A stretch of 64,000 nt of DNA, taken from Podarcis melisellensis (Eukaryota). Location: the NCBI GenBank assembly GCA_964234715.1, contig OZ174279.1; one strand, 5' to 3'. Below the pieces are notes generated by a model. It had not been told where the DNA came from. It saw nothing but the letters and a program-made list of their open reading frames with translations, and ran no database searches. Shown in pieces: positions 36,665-50,654 of the stretch. The position numbers were made by a program, and so were the translations under genes. The first letter of the stretch is position 1, and each line of letters starts with the position of its first letter.

Positions 36665-39600
36665 TGAATCGCAAAAGCCTCACATCGAATTAACAAATTG
36701 ATTTATATTAAACCAATGGATTCAGTTCCTCTATGCTAAAAACTGAGAAGTTGAATAAGCCAATGTTGTTTGTATTCCTGCTTTTACTTGTCGAATCCTA
36801 AGTCTTACAGGTTGAATGGTCTTGCTAGCATAGTGTAAACTGTGTTAACACTTCAAAACACAAATAACCTAAGCAGAATTGAAATTAGAAAAATGCCTTC
36901 ATGTGAACATTCTTGTGTTTGCTTTTGTTTTGTCTAACATAAGATCAATGTTGTACAGTTTGCAGGTTTGTTCAGTGATGCAAAGAAAATATTTTCATTT
37001 AATTTAATATATTACCTGCTTTACCTGGGGAGATGGATACAGAATCTCCTGGAGCTGTAAGCTTCTGATGATGTAGATGGTATACTTGTAAGGGTCTTAG
37101 GAGAGCAACTGCATCAACTTACCATTTGCTTCCAGGAGATAATGGTTCAAAAGATACCAGCACTGCCTCATTATTACGTGCGTCCCTTTTTTCCTGCCTC
37201 GTTAATGGCAATTTCAAGTTCAGTTCTCCTGGGAAAATCTCCTAGTTAATTGAGGTAGTGACATTTTTCTCTGATTTAATATAATTATTTTATCAAATAC
37301 TGGAAAAGATTAACTGGCAGCTCAATTAAGTACACTTTAGATAAAATGTTGAAGGTGGATGTAGTTTGTTGAGCTGGTGTTTCTCTGTGCTTATCACCCA
37401 CATTTTGCAGACATGCTTCTCCTTGGCAAGGAAGGTTTTCCATCTGTTGTGCTTTATCAGAGAGATGCACATCTTTGGTGTGCTTTGATCTGCTCAGCTA
37501 TGATTAGCTGGGAGTGAGGGCCTAATCCATCATGATTTGCTGGAGGGAAAAATATTATCTCTGACGTTTTTCTGTACCCACTATATAAGAATCCATGCAA
37601 TCAATCTTTCTGGGGGGGAAACTAGTCCATAAATATATCTTAATATCCCTGGGCATCCCAAGGTATCATGAGCAGAGATTAACCATGCCAGTGGCTTTGG
37701 ACATGAATTACATGTCCAAATTTCAGCAGCACCCTAGCCACATCTCACCTTCCATTAAACATCATAGTTGTGACGTCCCCTGTGGTGCCCCGAGGCTCTG
37801 TTCCCCATGCGACCGGTCCCCTAAATCCGGTTCCATGCCCACTATAGGACCGGTCCTATAATTATAATGAAGTGTAAACCTTGCCGTTCCTCTCCCTGTG
37901 CTTATGTATCATGTCTGCAGCCTGGATATATGGGAAGAGTGTGAATCTTTTTGGGTGGGAGAGAGAAATGCACATCTCTTGACACAGAACAGTCTTCACC
38001 AGCCTAGTGTCGTCTAGCTGTTCTGGATTACAACTCCTATCAGCCCCAGCTATTTGGATCTATCTGTCAAGTTATAATAAAAATAATAGACCCATCAATC
38101 TGATTTTTTTGTTGTTAGAGATATAGGCAAATTATATGTTAAGAAATGGAACATAAAATAGAAGTCCCCAAATTTTATGTCCAGTATTGTTATTTAGATG
38201 TGAAGTGCTAAAGAGATAAGTGAATTCCATATTGTTTCATTATTATTTCCACGCCAGTATGATCCCATTACTTAGGATTTTGTAGGGGTACTATAAGTTG
38301 TAGTTCATCCTTTTTTAGTTCCGGTGCAATTAGGAAAATGCACAATTCCATCAGTGCATGCATTCCTTCCACATCTGTAGCTGTAGAATCACTCCATGTG
38401 GGGAATGTAACACACATAAGTTTGAGCCATATATAAATCTGTTCCCTTTCCCCCAAAGTTTAGTTTGACAGAAGCCAGGATTTAGATGGAAGGCATGCAC
38501 TCTGTTCTGTTGAATAGTTCTAATAAAGATTTACACTACGCTTCATTTTGGCCCACAAATGATTAAACAGTAATGCAATGCTGCCATGTACCATTCATTA
38601 GACTCTATGGATCAAATTATTTACAACAGCTTTTTCATTACAAAATTTATTTTAGCTCATAATATAATTGTTGTTGACAGCTAATGCCATCAATCAGATG
38701 ATATTTTGCCCTTTTTTTGCCCAGTTGATGGATGGCTTTGGTACCGAAATGTTCCACAACAAAATATTTGTGTGCGCAAAACCTGTATTCATAGGGCACA
38801 GCTAAGAAATGGCTTCTCTTTGGAGCCTAGAGGTCATAAAGCACTGTTCATATAAAATCAATTTCTGGATAAAGGAGGTTCAACAGCTTTGATATCTTAT
38901 ATTTGTATGCATGCTCGTTTCTCGGCAAATTTCTCATGGCAGTTCCCATTAAATATTAAGCAAGCCCAATATAAACATTGTGGACATCTGCTGTTTTGTT
39001 ACCAAAAATGTAATGCCCTAGCTCCTAGATTTATGAAGTTTATTATTTCGTAGCTCTGTCAAGCAGGTAGGGTGATAAATCTATGAGCCTGTGCATTGCA
39101 CCCACTTTGGATGGGAACTGACCTTAGCTCCCATTCAGAAGGACCACCATCCATCCACTGATGAAACATGCCCAGAAGCATGGTGGAGGGCAGTGGCTGC
39201 CACTACCACAGCAGCAGTGGCAACTGCTGTTTGGACCACCGCAGCTGGGCTCCCCTCCCCCACTCTGGTTGGCAGGGGAGAGAGAGCTCATCATCAGGAC
39301 CCTGCCAAGCGCCCCCTGCTTCTCCAAAGCCCTGTTCCCTTGTCACCAGGCAGAATTAAGGCAAGGAGGAGAGAGAGAAATAGCAGTGGAGTAAGACAGG
39401 GAGAAATTAAAGGAGCTTCAGACCCTGTTTGGCTTATCTGTTGGGTAGGTGACGTACATGGGAAACACCTTCTAGTGAAGTCAGAATTTGAAAATGACCC
39501 AGTCTTTCACCAGGAGGATGCACTTTTTTTGAAAATCAAAATCTATGTGTTCTCCTCTGTAGTGCACAAGGCAATGGACAGATGAAAGTGAACGTGTAAT

Positions 39601-39789
39601 ACACAGGAAATGAAAGGAACCATGGGAGCACCCTTCATGTCCTTCTTGTTGGCTTCCCATTGGCCACAGTGGAAAACAGGATGCTGGGCTAGGTGAACAT
39701 TTAGTTTGATCCAGTAGGGCTCTAATGTAGCCATTATGGACTTGAAAGACAATTTTCAGTGCTTTTTCAGAACAAAACCATACGGTGTA

Positions 39790-40560
39790 TGATCTGACGT
39801 TTCCAAAGGGGTAGCAGTTTCTTGTAGCAAAGGCAGCAGTCTTCTGGCACCTTAAAGGCTAACACATTTGTTATGGACAAGCTTTTGTGGACTGCAGTTG
39901 ATGTTTCCAGATGCATGAAGGTTTATCCTGAGCTGCAGTTATGTGTGTGTATCAGCCATTTGTAGCCCATCCTGGGCACTGACACTTCCCTCTCACATCC
40001 CTTGAATGGCAGGCCTGTAGTTGCTTAAAGATAGCTCTCTCTCTCTCTCTCTCCCACACCCACCCCTAAAAGAGTTCCACAACAACAGGTCACACAGCAG
40101 AGAAACAAGTAAAGTGATGGGCAATACTACAGAACCGAATAATGACATCAAGTTATTCACCCGCCCATCTTCCAGTGTGACGTATGCCATTATCTGCCAA
40201 CCATGCTCTTCTGCATTCTATTTGTGACAAATAGGCCTGTCTCTGTGCAAACAAATAACACAAATATGGCAATATTAAAACAAACAAACAAACAGTGATA
40301 AACATGCTGTCCTACCAGGACAGCCTGTAACCAATATTAAAGGAAACATATCGTAACAAAGTAATCTCAAAGGGAGACCGTGACATGAAACAGCTGAACC
40401 ACAATACATCAAGAGGTTCAGTGCTATAATTTGTAGGTATAATATCTATCTATCATCTATCTATATCTATCATCTATCTATCATCTATCTATCATCTATC
40501 CATAACTCAGGATAACATTTTGTGGATATTTTATGTAGTCCACAAAGGTTCCACAAATAT
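39790..40560 (+). mobile_element. Penelope-like element remnant (inverted terminal segment plus GIY-YIG fragment)
   Basis: 40145-40270 translates FTRPSSSVTYAIICQPCSSAFYL*QIG, resembling the PLE endonuclease FTCxSSNVIYAIxCQxCxxxxYIGQTG; 39790-39920 resembles the reptile PLE terminus in inverted orientation. Right boundary uncertain. Confidence 0.65.
40443..40500. repeat. Imperfect (TATC)n microsatellite
   Basis: TATC/ATC units seen directly. Confidence 0.9.
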
Positions 40561-43500
40561 CTCTGTTCTTTTTAGGCAGAGAGCATGTTAAATCAGGGTG
40601 GGGGGGACGTAGCTGGTAATTGTAGAACTGCAAGACCTTCACTTAATAGATTCAAAATAGTTAACATATGTAGCGATGGATAGTATACAAATCTTCATCA
40701 GAGGCAGATTTTGAGCATATGTGAGTGAAAAGATTTTAAATATTGGGCAAGCCTTAAACTTGAACCTGGCTCATATCACATGAAGCATCTTCCAAAATGA
40801 AATCCTCTTTGCTTTATTCCAGCTGTGGAAATGGTATTTATGCCTGGGCTACAGCAGCTACATATTCCTTACTTATACTAAGCATGTGAGATTCAGTACT
40901 ATACTATGAAATGCTCTGGCTGTTTTTAAAGCTGTATATATTTTGAGATCTATAGCCTGATAACTCATCTGTTGGATACAAAAGTATTCTCCTTCCACAG
41001 TCCTTGAAAGATAACTCACCATAAAGGTCAAAAAAAGCTGCCTGACTCATCTGAAGAAAGAGAGCCTTTTTATGATCAACAGTGTTCTTAACTAGGCTTT
41101 TATCATGCCGGAATGCTTCAGAAGCCAATTGAACAAGATTTTGACACCCCCTTTTACAGATACGTTATGATGCAGCTGTTACAGCTGAGCTTCAACTTCG
41201 TTAATGACAAGCAAAAGTTATTTATCTTGGCTCAGCTTATTCTTTGCCATATGGCATTACAACCTCTACTCTATATATTATATGAAAGAAAAAGCTATCC
41301 ATGTTCTTTGGTTTTTCAACCCATGATGTTGGACAGATTGTGGCTTTGCCTTAGCAAAAAGTGCTTCTGATCACAGAGGTTGAGACACCCTTTTTCTTTT
41401 TTGCTGCAGCACCTGTGTTGCTGTTGCTGCTGTTGCTGCACTCCTCTGCTCCAAATCACATTCTGTTCCAGGGGTCTCCCAGCCATTGGGAACAGTTTTT
41501 GGGGAGAGATATGGTGGGGCTGAAGATGGTAGGGAAAAGCAGCAAAAACCAGGTTCTCCAGCTAGTGAGACTAGGAGCACTTTCCACTTAGGCAAAGCCG
41601 TCATTGGACACACCTTAGAGTAGTTTTCTTTGTATGTAGAATCCTTGAATCATGGTTGTGGGCAATATTTTACGATTTCTGTTTTCTAACTTTAAAATGC
41701 ATGTAGTGTCCTGAGCTTCCTGTTTTAGTAAGTTTTCCTTTAGCTTTTCTGGAACCACAGTGATTCTGCAGCTGCAGCAAAAGATGGAAGGAAGTGGGTT
41801 CCAAAAAAGACCCCTCCATTAAAAGTTGTGGGGCTGCTGCAAAAAAACATACATCACAATTGAATCAACTGACTTAGATTGTTACTGTCTGTCTTTTGTG
41901 CCAGAGGTTAAAGTGGTAATTGTTTCCTTTGCTTTCTGCCTAGAAGCCACTGGTGGCCCAGTACAGATCTCCTTTTAGAAATGACCCAGTTAAGTGAAGC
42001 ATAGAATATGATATATTTCAGATGTAACCTGGGCTGGCAATATGTTGGATGTTTCACAGAATTGCAGCCAGCTTCTTGAGTTTCTTATATTTTTCATATA
42101 ATTTAGGTCATCTTACTTATGCCGTTAATAATATATCCAAGAGAGAGTGTTCAGCTATTACGTTTGCACATTTAAAAACTTGTTTAAAGTTTGCTTAGTT
42201 AAAAGTTTGATTACTATTTATCAGCCAGACATTTTCCCTTTTAAAAATAAATCATGCATTTAATTCATTCCTGTAGGTTTTGCCTAAACATGATTTTCAA
42301 ATTTTGCTAATTTCTGTTAAAGTGAACCAAATACTTTCAGCTCTATAATGTTTGTACATTTTGTACTGCTACTGAAAGGTTTACTGAGATGGATATAAAA
42401 TATGTAAAATGCTTTGAATTCTTGATTCTATATAAATTCTAAGTATCATTACTGTCCAGGTTTCTTTCTAAATAGACTTTCTTTCATTGAATTGGAACCT
42501 GATCAGGACCACATGGTCAAATCATCTACCAAAAAACAATAAGTATATTTAACTAGCTATGAATGTACTTATTGAGTGGAGTGGACAATTAATTGCTAAC
42601 ATAACTGAAATATTCAAGAGTGACTATTACCTTCTGCTAATAACGGAGAAGAAATCCTATGTTATCGAAGAGACTTGATTTGATTGCTCTTCTGTGGTTG
42701 TGATAAGAGAGAAGGCATATTATTTTAAAGATGAGGAGGAAGCCATTTTAATAATGCATGAAAATATAAATTCCATATGGGCAATGTCAACCTTTTGTTG
42801 TTAGTGACCTAAAGAACCAATTGAGTCAATAAGTTACACCTTTAGTAGCCAAACTGGCTGTTCTTTGAAGTAATTGGCTGATTTCATGGTGCCTTGTTGA
42901 CTCTAATTTTCTAGCCATTGTGACTAAACAGTTGGTTTTGCTATTTCTTTTGTTCCACTGCCCTGTATTGGATAAAAAGTGCAGCTTCTCCAAACCTGGT
43001 TTAAGCATTTTGAAGCTTTGATTTAATTAGTTTGAATGTGTAAACTTGGCAGCTATAGCCAGTACATTATGTGAAGTAATTATCCAGGAATCATGGTGAA
43101 GTGAAAAAGACATTGCGTTGTCTTTTGTGGCAAGGATCTGTATCAAAACTATTATGTTCTTCTGCAGAACATGTGGAATATCAAAGAAGCTAAAACTACC
43201 ATTTCCTAATCATTTGCCAGAGAGTTTATTAACTGTCCACATGACAACAGACTAAAATAAATGCAGAGAGTTATGCTTCAATAGATTGAATTCCTGTCTT
43301 TTCCAAAACCTTTGTTCCAAACATATCTTAGTATTGGAAAGAGCCAAGTCCAGTGGCCTGCAATTTGAAACATTTAATATCTGCACAACTGAATGTTGTT
43401 TTTTTACACGCAGTTGAGTTCAGTTCCTTTTAATGTTCATAGCAGGACATTTTTACTGTTCATAGAAATTGCCAGTGTTCCTATACCATCCTTTCACTGT

Positions 43501-45558
43501 GCTGTTAAAAACCATTATGGCATCACAGCATGACATCACTGATACCATTATGGCATCAGTGGCAGAGGCCACTGATAGGAGCAGCCCATTTTTAGTCTAT
43601 TTCTTATATAGAAGTTGCTGCGTTTGTTTCCCCCTTACTGTATGAAGGTTAATACTGAATAGTTTTACAGCTATAAAAATTCTGTTAATGACTAATCATT
43701 CTAGAGTGATCTGCCTAAGCTGTTTGCAATAATGAATTTCAAATGAGTGTTGTTTGTCATGTAATTACTGTCCAGTTTCTTGGCCTTTACACTTTGGAAC
43801 AGCAAAATGAAAACATAAGGCACCATCTAATGGGAACATCTCCTACAGAAGTTCATTTGAAATGCCAAGGCATTATGCCCAGAATATTTACGCAGGAAAA
43901 TGCTTGCAGATTATTAGGGCTAGCTAAATCCAATCTATTCTTACTGAGGTGGGCCAAAAAAAGTGTATCTGTTGTTTTGTGGGGTTTTTAATGTAAATTC
44001 TGCATTAAAGTACCTAGAATAATTTTGATTGTTCTATATAAATAGATTGTCTCTTTTTAAATTAGGGCTTTATTCTCAGTTGCAAGAGAAGTAATCATTA
44101 TATGGAGCAAATAGGTAGAATAAGGGAGATGCTTAAATTAATGTGTGCACTCATAATTTGTAGAGCTGCATTTCACTTTAGTTCTAAATCAATGCAGAAG
44201 GTTTTGAGCTTTCTTTTCTTTTCCCTGCCATCATAGATCTTATATAAAATGGTCATAATTTGCTGGGAGCTATTATCATAGTAATAAACAAAGCAGATCA
44301 TTATAATGTCCATCTCATGGTCAGGCATGGGAAATCTTAAAATAAATCTGTGTTTGTAACATGTAATGTGAATCCTTGCACCTTGTCTTTCTCATGTATC
44401 AAAGGTACAGATGCCCACAAATTTCTTTGACTGGCCAGTACAATCCAGCTCAAACTTCAGTTGGTTTGTTTTTGTCTAAAATCCAAGAAATAAAGATCTC
44501 CATCCCCCCCCCCCCGTAAGCCAAGTATCAACTTAATGAATCTGGTTGTGTGAAATCTTTAATGTATGCACATGTGATGTATGTTACTAATTTTCCTCTA
44601 TGTCCAAAATCTCTAATATGTTTGCTTCCATAACTCTTGATGCATGTAGTGTTGATCAGATGCGGAATCGACCGGTGAACTTCCCTGCAGTTGAAATTGG
44701 GATCAGACAAAACATGAAAATGAGTTTTCAGTCTCTTGTAAAGCTAGTGACCTCCACAATACCAGAGAGATTAGTTTATTTGAGTATGAAAAGAGTGTTC
44801 AGAACATGCTGTGGGGTTAGAGAGGATGATGATTAAATCTGAATGGCAGAGTCCTGACTTATGCTGTGGGAATGTTACTATAACAGATGACCTGGTTCCA
44901 TAGACTTACAGCTGTGCTAGGTATTGTTATCTCTGGAACAGATTAAAGATGAATATATTTTCTTGGTCAGCCCTTCCTTCTGTTTTAGGGGTGAGCTTGG
45001 TGTTCTTTAGCAGTTCATTATGTTTCAAACCTTAACACAAGAAATTCTCATAATTTCTCTCTTAATTGGTGTGAACAACTGAATTGGACTAAATGCACTA
45101 TTAGTAGCAAAACACAGGAACTGGGACAGTTAGCTGTTTTCCCAGATGGTTCAGATTTTGTTAAACCCATAAGATAATGAATTCATTTCTTCTTTCATGA
45201 GTTATGTTACTTAAAAATAATAAGCAGCTCCATTTGCTCCATTTATCCTGTGTTTTAACTATGACATGACCGTCCTTTATTTTGTAAAATATTTGTGGGA
45301 GAGGTGTTTGGGGCAATCGAGTCTGGTCCATTAGGGTGAAATCAGAAAGTCTCAGTGTTGCTTTTGTAGAACACAGCATGGAGGAGGATGGGGATACAAC
45401 TAGAATTATTTGGCACTGGTCTCCCTGCCTTCTGCCCTACAAGTCCCTAGGGGCACCAGCCACCAAAGGTCCTGAGGGTGAAGTTAGAAGGCCAAAGATG
45501 AGGCCTCGGCTGAACCGTATTCTGAGATCACGTACTGCAGGTTGTTGCTCATAAATAC

Positions 45559-45851
45559 AGTTATGTACTGAAGTTCTCAACCTCGGCCAGCAGGGGAATA
45601 CTGTAGATAGTTATGCAAATGAAGGATCGAAAGTGACGTTCAGTGATTGGATAGTTTGTATGCAAATGAAGGATCGAAAGTGACATTCAGTGATTGGATA
45701 GTTTTAGAAAATGGCAACAGTTACATTGTTCTGGAGCTCTATATAAGCAGGCTGACTGAGTTCCTCAGCTCAGTTCTGTTCCAGCTTACAAATAAAGAGC
45801 TGCTTTGGAAGAATCGCTGTGTCATCTGATATGTTTGCCCATAACTTAACA
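45559..45851 (+). mobile_element. Solo LTR (293 bp) with a 47-bp tandem duplication
   Basis: Termini AGTTA (TGTTA with one change) … TAACA; 5-bp TSD AATAC/AATAG; ordered octamer, ATTGG, TATATAA (45740-45746) and AATAAA (45791-45796). Confidence 0.8.
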
Positions 45852-48800
45852 AATAGCATTTTCTGTTCCCTGTAGAAAGATGGTTTTGCACGAAGGTACA
45901 ACCTGCTGCCCAGGCTTCTCTACCCTGTCCTGTAATGTTCCTAAAATCTTCTGTAGTGCAGAACATATGCTGCTTTCACAGGCCAGGTTCCTAGTATTAA
46001 ATTAAGCTTTCCTATTGCTTCAAATATGGAACCTGCTGTTTTGTGATGAGGCGGCAACCATCATGATGGAAGCTGTTGGGACTGTGGGAGGGTTTGAAAA
46101 GAGATGGGAAGGCAGCAGGAGGGGAACGTTGCTTCACTTCTCAATCATCAAAGGATTCCAGCAGGATTTCCTGGGTCTGGCACACTGTATGTAAATTGCC
46201 CCCACGCCCTCAATATATTACAAACTGAAGCTGGGTTTCTAATGTACAGCTTGCCTGTGTGGTGCAATATTGCTGGTTCTAAGATAAACTCAATGTCAAC
46301 TTCATGATCAAGTTCTTTCCCCAAATATCTCCATTCTTTTGAGCACATGAAGTCCCAACAAAAATATTGGGGAATATAGTATTTTAATTTAACATGTGAA
46401 GCAGGGTGCTTTGTACCTTCAGGTGAAAGTTTAAAGTAATGAAATCAGGAAGGTGCGGAATGAAACTTAAATGATTATTTCCTTTTTTATTATAAAGATC
46501 ACACACAGTTCTTCATTTTAGAAATCTACCTACTGAAGTTTTAATGTGTGGTTATTTCTGGTACCTTTGTTCACATTAACGTAAGCGGAAATGAGCTGAT
46601 TATACTTCTTGGTTTGTATGTGTTCTCTTCCTCAGCATTATTTTCATGTCATTAGTGTTGTTTCCCAAAAGTCTATGGACTGAAAATGTTTCACAAATTT
46701 GTTGATCCTTCCTGACATCGTTCAGCATGCAAAGTACCAAGAGGATGTTGTGGGCGTCACAAGTCGAGTCATTTATGTGCTGTGAGAGTAGCAGCCCTTT
46801 GTTTTGACTCAAAGCTAGACAAATTTGGCAACAGAGACAAAAGGAGAATACCTTTGTATTACTGAGGTGTCATTTTTATAAAGTGCCTTTGTCTCCCGCG
46901 CCACCCTCTTAATGTCTCAGAAATAAATCACTTCAGACTTCGTCACTGACAGCCACAATATCTACAGTCTTCACACATCAGGAGCCTGGCTGACATGGCA
47001 AATTATGTGCTGGTGCCATTTGACAAGAGCAAAATGAAGAGAGGGGCTGGGCTTCCTTGCTGTATATCAGTGCAAAGTAGTAATGTGTATTCTGGATCCA
47101 GAGTGGGTGTTTGAACGCTTAATTGTGTTTGGTAGTATAAGTTGAAAAATAAGCGGAATAACAAGCTGGGGAAAGGATGTAATGGGACTAAGAAAAATAA
47201 TCTAGGCACCTGATTCATTGATGGAGAATCGCTTGCCATTATTTAAAACAAATCTGCATTTGTGCCACAAATCTCATTACCAATGTGCACATATAAGTGT
47301 TGATCTGCAGTAGTGTGTTTTTTAAAAGATGATGCAGAACTTGCACTAACAGATGTGTATGCTACTTACTCCCCACAGTCTCCAAAATCCCTTTACCTAG
47401 GCTTCGGAAGTGCATATCCAGATGACTCCTTGAGTAAAGTAATCATTTTGCCTTCCTCTGTTTATAAGATAGGAGTTGCTTCCTCTTTTGAGTTTGTTTT
47501 CTTGTATCTCTTCGAGTGGCAGTGCCTCCACCTCTTTCTCATCCAAATCTGAGAATACAGTAAAATAAATACTTTGTTTAAAAAATCTCACTGGAATTGT
47601 GTTAAGCTCATGATTCAGATAAATGAGGGAGGAAAAGACTTGAGCTGATACAATTAATGTCTTATGCTGGAGATCTCACCAGCTGCCTTAGAAAAATTGC
47701 TTAGGTGCTGGGCTTCAATATAGTTTCATAGAAACCAGAGACCAGTGGTGGGCTTGCCTTACACAGCACAAAACTTTCCAAAGTGCTTGGTTTTACTGTT
47801 TTACTGTCTTCAGACCTTGTGACACTACTGCAGATGATTATTAATACACTGGATCTGGAATTTCAGGCAATATGGCTCACTTTCTTTCTTTGCTACAGTA
47901 CTTTATATGCAAAGTGGATAGACTTTCATCCATATGCAATTACTGCAAGACTATAAAATATGATATGGTTAAAGAAAGCAGTAGATTAAAACTACAGTAA
48001 TTTCAAGAACTTGCAACAGGAACTAAAATCAAATTTGAATATGTTGCACAGTTACGAAAAAAAGCTGAATTGACAACAAATAATTACAGCCTGTGGGAAG
48101 CAAGGGACTTTGCTACCCAATAAATAAGCAGCTCTTATTCTCACTGGGTAGAGAGATGCGCATGTTCAAGCGATGCACATATACCAGCTATTCTTATATT
48201 TCATTGAACGTTTCATAAGTGCTTGCTTGATGTGCAGAATAGTGTCACGCTGAATGTTAATCACTACAAGTCAAGAAAAATGAAGTTACCTCAAAGTCCA
48301 CTTTCAAAGTCTTCATTTATAAACCACCATGTCCTAAAGGTATGGGAGGGTTGTATGGGGTGAGCCAGCTGGGTAACTACAGACGACCAAAACCCAGCAG
48401 TAACGGAATTCTGGAATTAGATTTTGTTGCAACCACTTGAAATTCTGTGGTCGCAACTGTTTGATCAAGCCAATCCAGGCAGATCAGAACATATTGATAT
48501 GAACCGAACCAGTTCAGCCCAGTAATAAAAGTAGGCACAGGCTGGCTAAAAGCTGCAGCTGCATTGCAGTTACAGTGCAGATACACTTCACAATGGAGAA
48601 AGAAATGTGTAAGCCATCTGTCTTATAGTCACTCTTTGACTGCACACATTTTAGTAAAAGTTCCCAAGGTCTCCAACTGACTTGCCCAGAGCAAGGTAGA
48701 TTGAACCTATGAAAATTTAAAAACAGCAATCAGAAACTAAAGATCAGTTTTGAGCATCCCTCTCCCTCCGCCTCCCTCCCTCTTTCCTTTAACAAAGCAG

Positions 48801-49799
48801 AGGTAGTGCCACTGATGCGCTCCATCTTAGCTCCAGACACAACACACCAGTTGAAGACTCCCCTTCTGCACATAATTTCTAGTTCAAACACTTTGTCAAT
48901 AGATCCATTTTTTTTAAAAAAAAATAGAGTTTATGATATGGCTATTTATTATAGGTTTGTGTCCACATAGATTCTACTGAAAGAGATACAAAACCTATTA
49001 TTGCTGTTCTCCAATTACAACCGTCCAATCCAGTCCAACAGTTGAGTGTAGAACTGAATGCCAGCGCAAAGCTGGGAGTGGTGAGGGAACAGGAACACCG
49101 TGGGTTTCTTGTACTATATTGTGTTAAAGCAGCCAAACCCTTTAATACTGTCAATGCAATTAGTGATTCATGGAGTAAGAAAATCAAAAAGATGGGTCCC
49201 TGCCATGAGGAGCTTACAATCTAAGCTTCAGCAGTGGAGGGGATAGGAAGGGGAAATAACAAGGGTTGCATGTGCGCAAATAAGCTACGTGTACTTAATT
49301 AAGCTTTGTTGCAGCTGGGAACCAAATTTGATTTGTTTCAACAATTTATAGTTTGCCCATTTGGCAAGGCACTCTAAGCAACTGAAAAGACAAATGTAAG
49401 CATTCACATATACAGATTACAGCAATAAATTAAACCTGGAAGCCTGAGTTTCAACTCCTAGGTGCCAGAATCAAATGTGTGGGAGCTAACCTTGTGACCC
49501 CAGTCCAAGCAAAATTAGTAATCATGACCAAGCCACAATGAAAGCAGTAGGAATTAATTTGGCTGTCAGGAAGGGAAAGAGGTTTAATCTCCCTTAACCC
49601 CTTTAAGTGTTTTTTGTCAACTTACATCTCCGTGTTGAACCTGAAATTAAAGTTGCATTCATTTAAATTTTCTTCTCCACTTCTAAGAACTGTGATACAG
49701 TACCCATGGCAAAGAGCCGGGCCCAAACTATGAGTGAATATGTTTATTTCTTGGTTTTCCTGCCTATTCCATTTGTATCCTGTCCTCCTTCCTGTGAGA

Positions 49800-49990
49800 T
49801 AAGGCTGCTGACATGGAGGTGGGCTTTTTCAGTGATGGCACTGAATGTGATACATTCCCTGCTGAAATAAGAGACACCCCATCTGTGTTGGCATTCTGTT
49901 AGCTCTTGAAGACACACCTGTTTGAACAGGTATTCCCCTGACCTCTTTATCCAAGTCTCATGTTTTAATTGCTGTGTTGTTTTAAGGACA
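49800..49990 (+). mobile_element. Old L2 3' remnant
   Basis: AFSVMA…PAEIRDTPSVLAFC*LLKTHLFEQVF, a decayed L2 ORF2 end. Confidence 0.6.
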
Positions 49991-50054
49991 CTTGTTACTG
50001 CACCACAGCATATTGCTTCCATTAGTGCCATTGCTCTAGCAGCTTCTAGAGAGA

Positions 50055-50180
50055 ATAATAGAATGTAGAGACCTTGAGGATAATCTAGTCCAACACCCTG
50101 CAATGCAGGAATCTCAACTAAAGCATCCATGACAGATGGCCATTCAACCTCTGCTGAAAAACCTCCAAGGGAGGAGAAGG
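50055..50180 (-). mobile_element. CR1 3' fragment
   Basis: ATAGAAT…ATCTAGTCCAACACCCTGCAATGCAGGAATC…CCATTCAACCTCTGC…ACCTCCAAGG is the reverse of a CR1 ORF2 end and 3'UTR. Confidence 0.7.
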
Positions 50181-50384
50181 GCCTCCCCCAAATATCAGGT
50201 TTGTAAACCCTAAGGGACTCTGCAAGCCAGTGACCAAGGCATTGAACAGGAGTCATTGTCCCCAGCACCATCTTCTGAATTTGCTTCTCCAGGAAGGAAT
50301 GGAACTACTGTCCCTCCAAGTCCTGTCCCAGCAAGGCAGCCTGGAAGGATACCATAGAGATCTAGCAGAAAGCCACTAAGAGAT

Positions 50385-50565
50385 CTAGCAGAACCAACAG
50401 GAACACACTCCCACCTGTCCAGTTCTTGGCATTAAGTCATCCACCAAGGCGACCAAAGCTATCTCTGTCCCATAACCAGGCCTAGAACCAGATTGAAATG
50501 GATCTAGATAATCAGTCTCCTCCAGAAACCTCTGGAGCTGAGCTGCCAGCACATGCTCCAGTACC
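50385..50565 (-). mobile_element. L2 reverse transcriptase fragment
   Basis: LEHVLAAQLQRFLEETDYLDPFQSGSRPGYGTEIALVALVDDL matches the L2/CR1-clade RT motif QSGFRPGxxTETAL. Confidence 0.85.
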
Positions 50566-50654
50566 ATATTTTCTATTTCATCTACCAATGTGTAGGAAGT
50601 GATCCTAATTCTGCAAGGAGTTTTGATCCAATATGGCACTTGTATTCTTAAAAC

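Noticed and set aside
39091-39585. 164-aa ORF and overlapping ORFs
   Set aside because: Non-ATG start, GC-rich low-complexity sequence open in several frames, no recognisable domain.
45612-45705. Direct repeats as a CRISPR-like array
   Set aside because: Two adjacent units with no spacer, inside a eukaryotic LTR.
49744-50271. 175-aa minus-strand ORF
   Set aside because: Runs across unrelated CR1 and L2 remnants; chance open frame.
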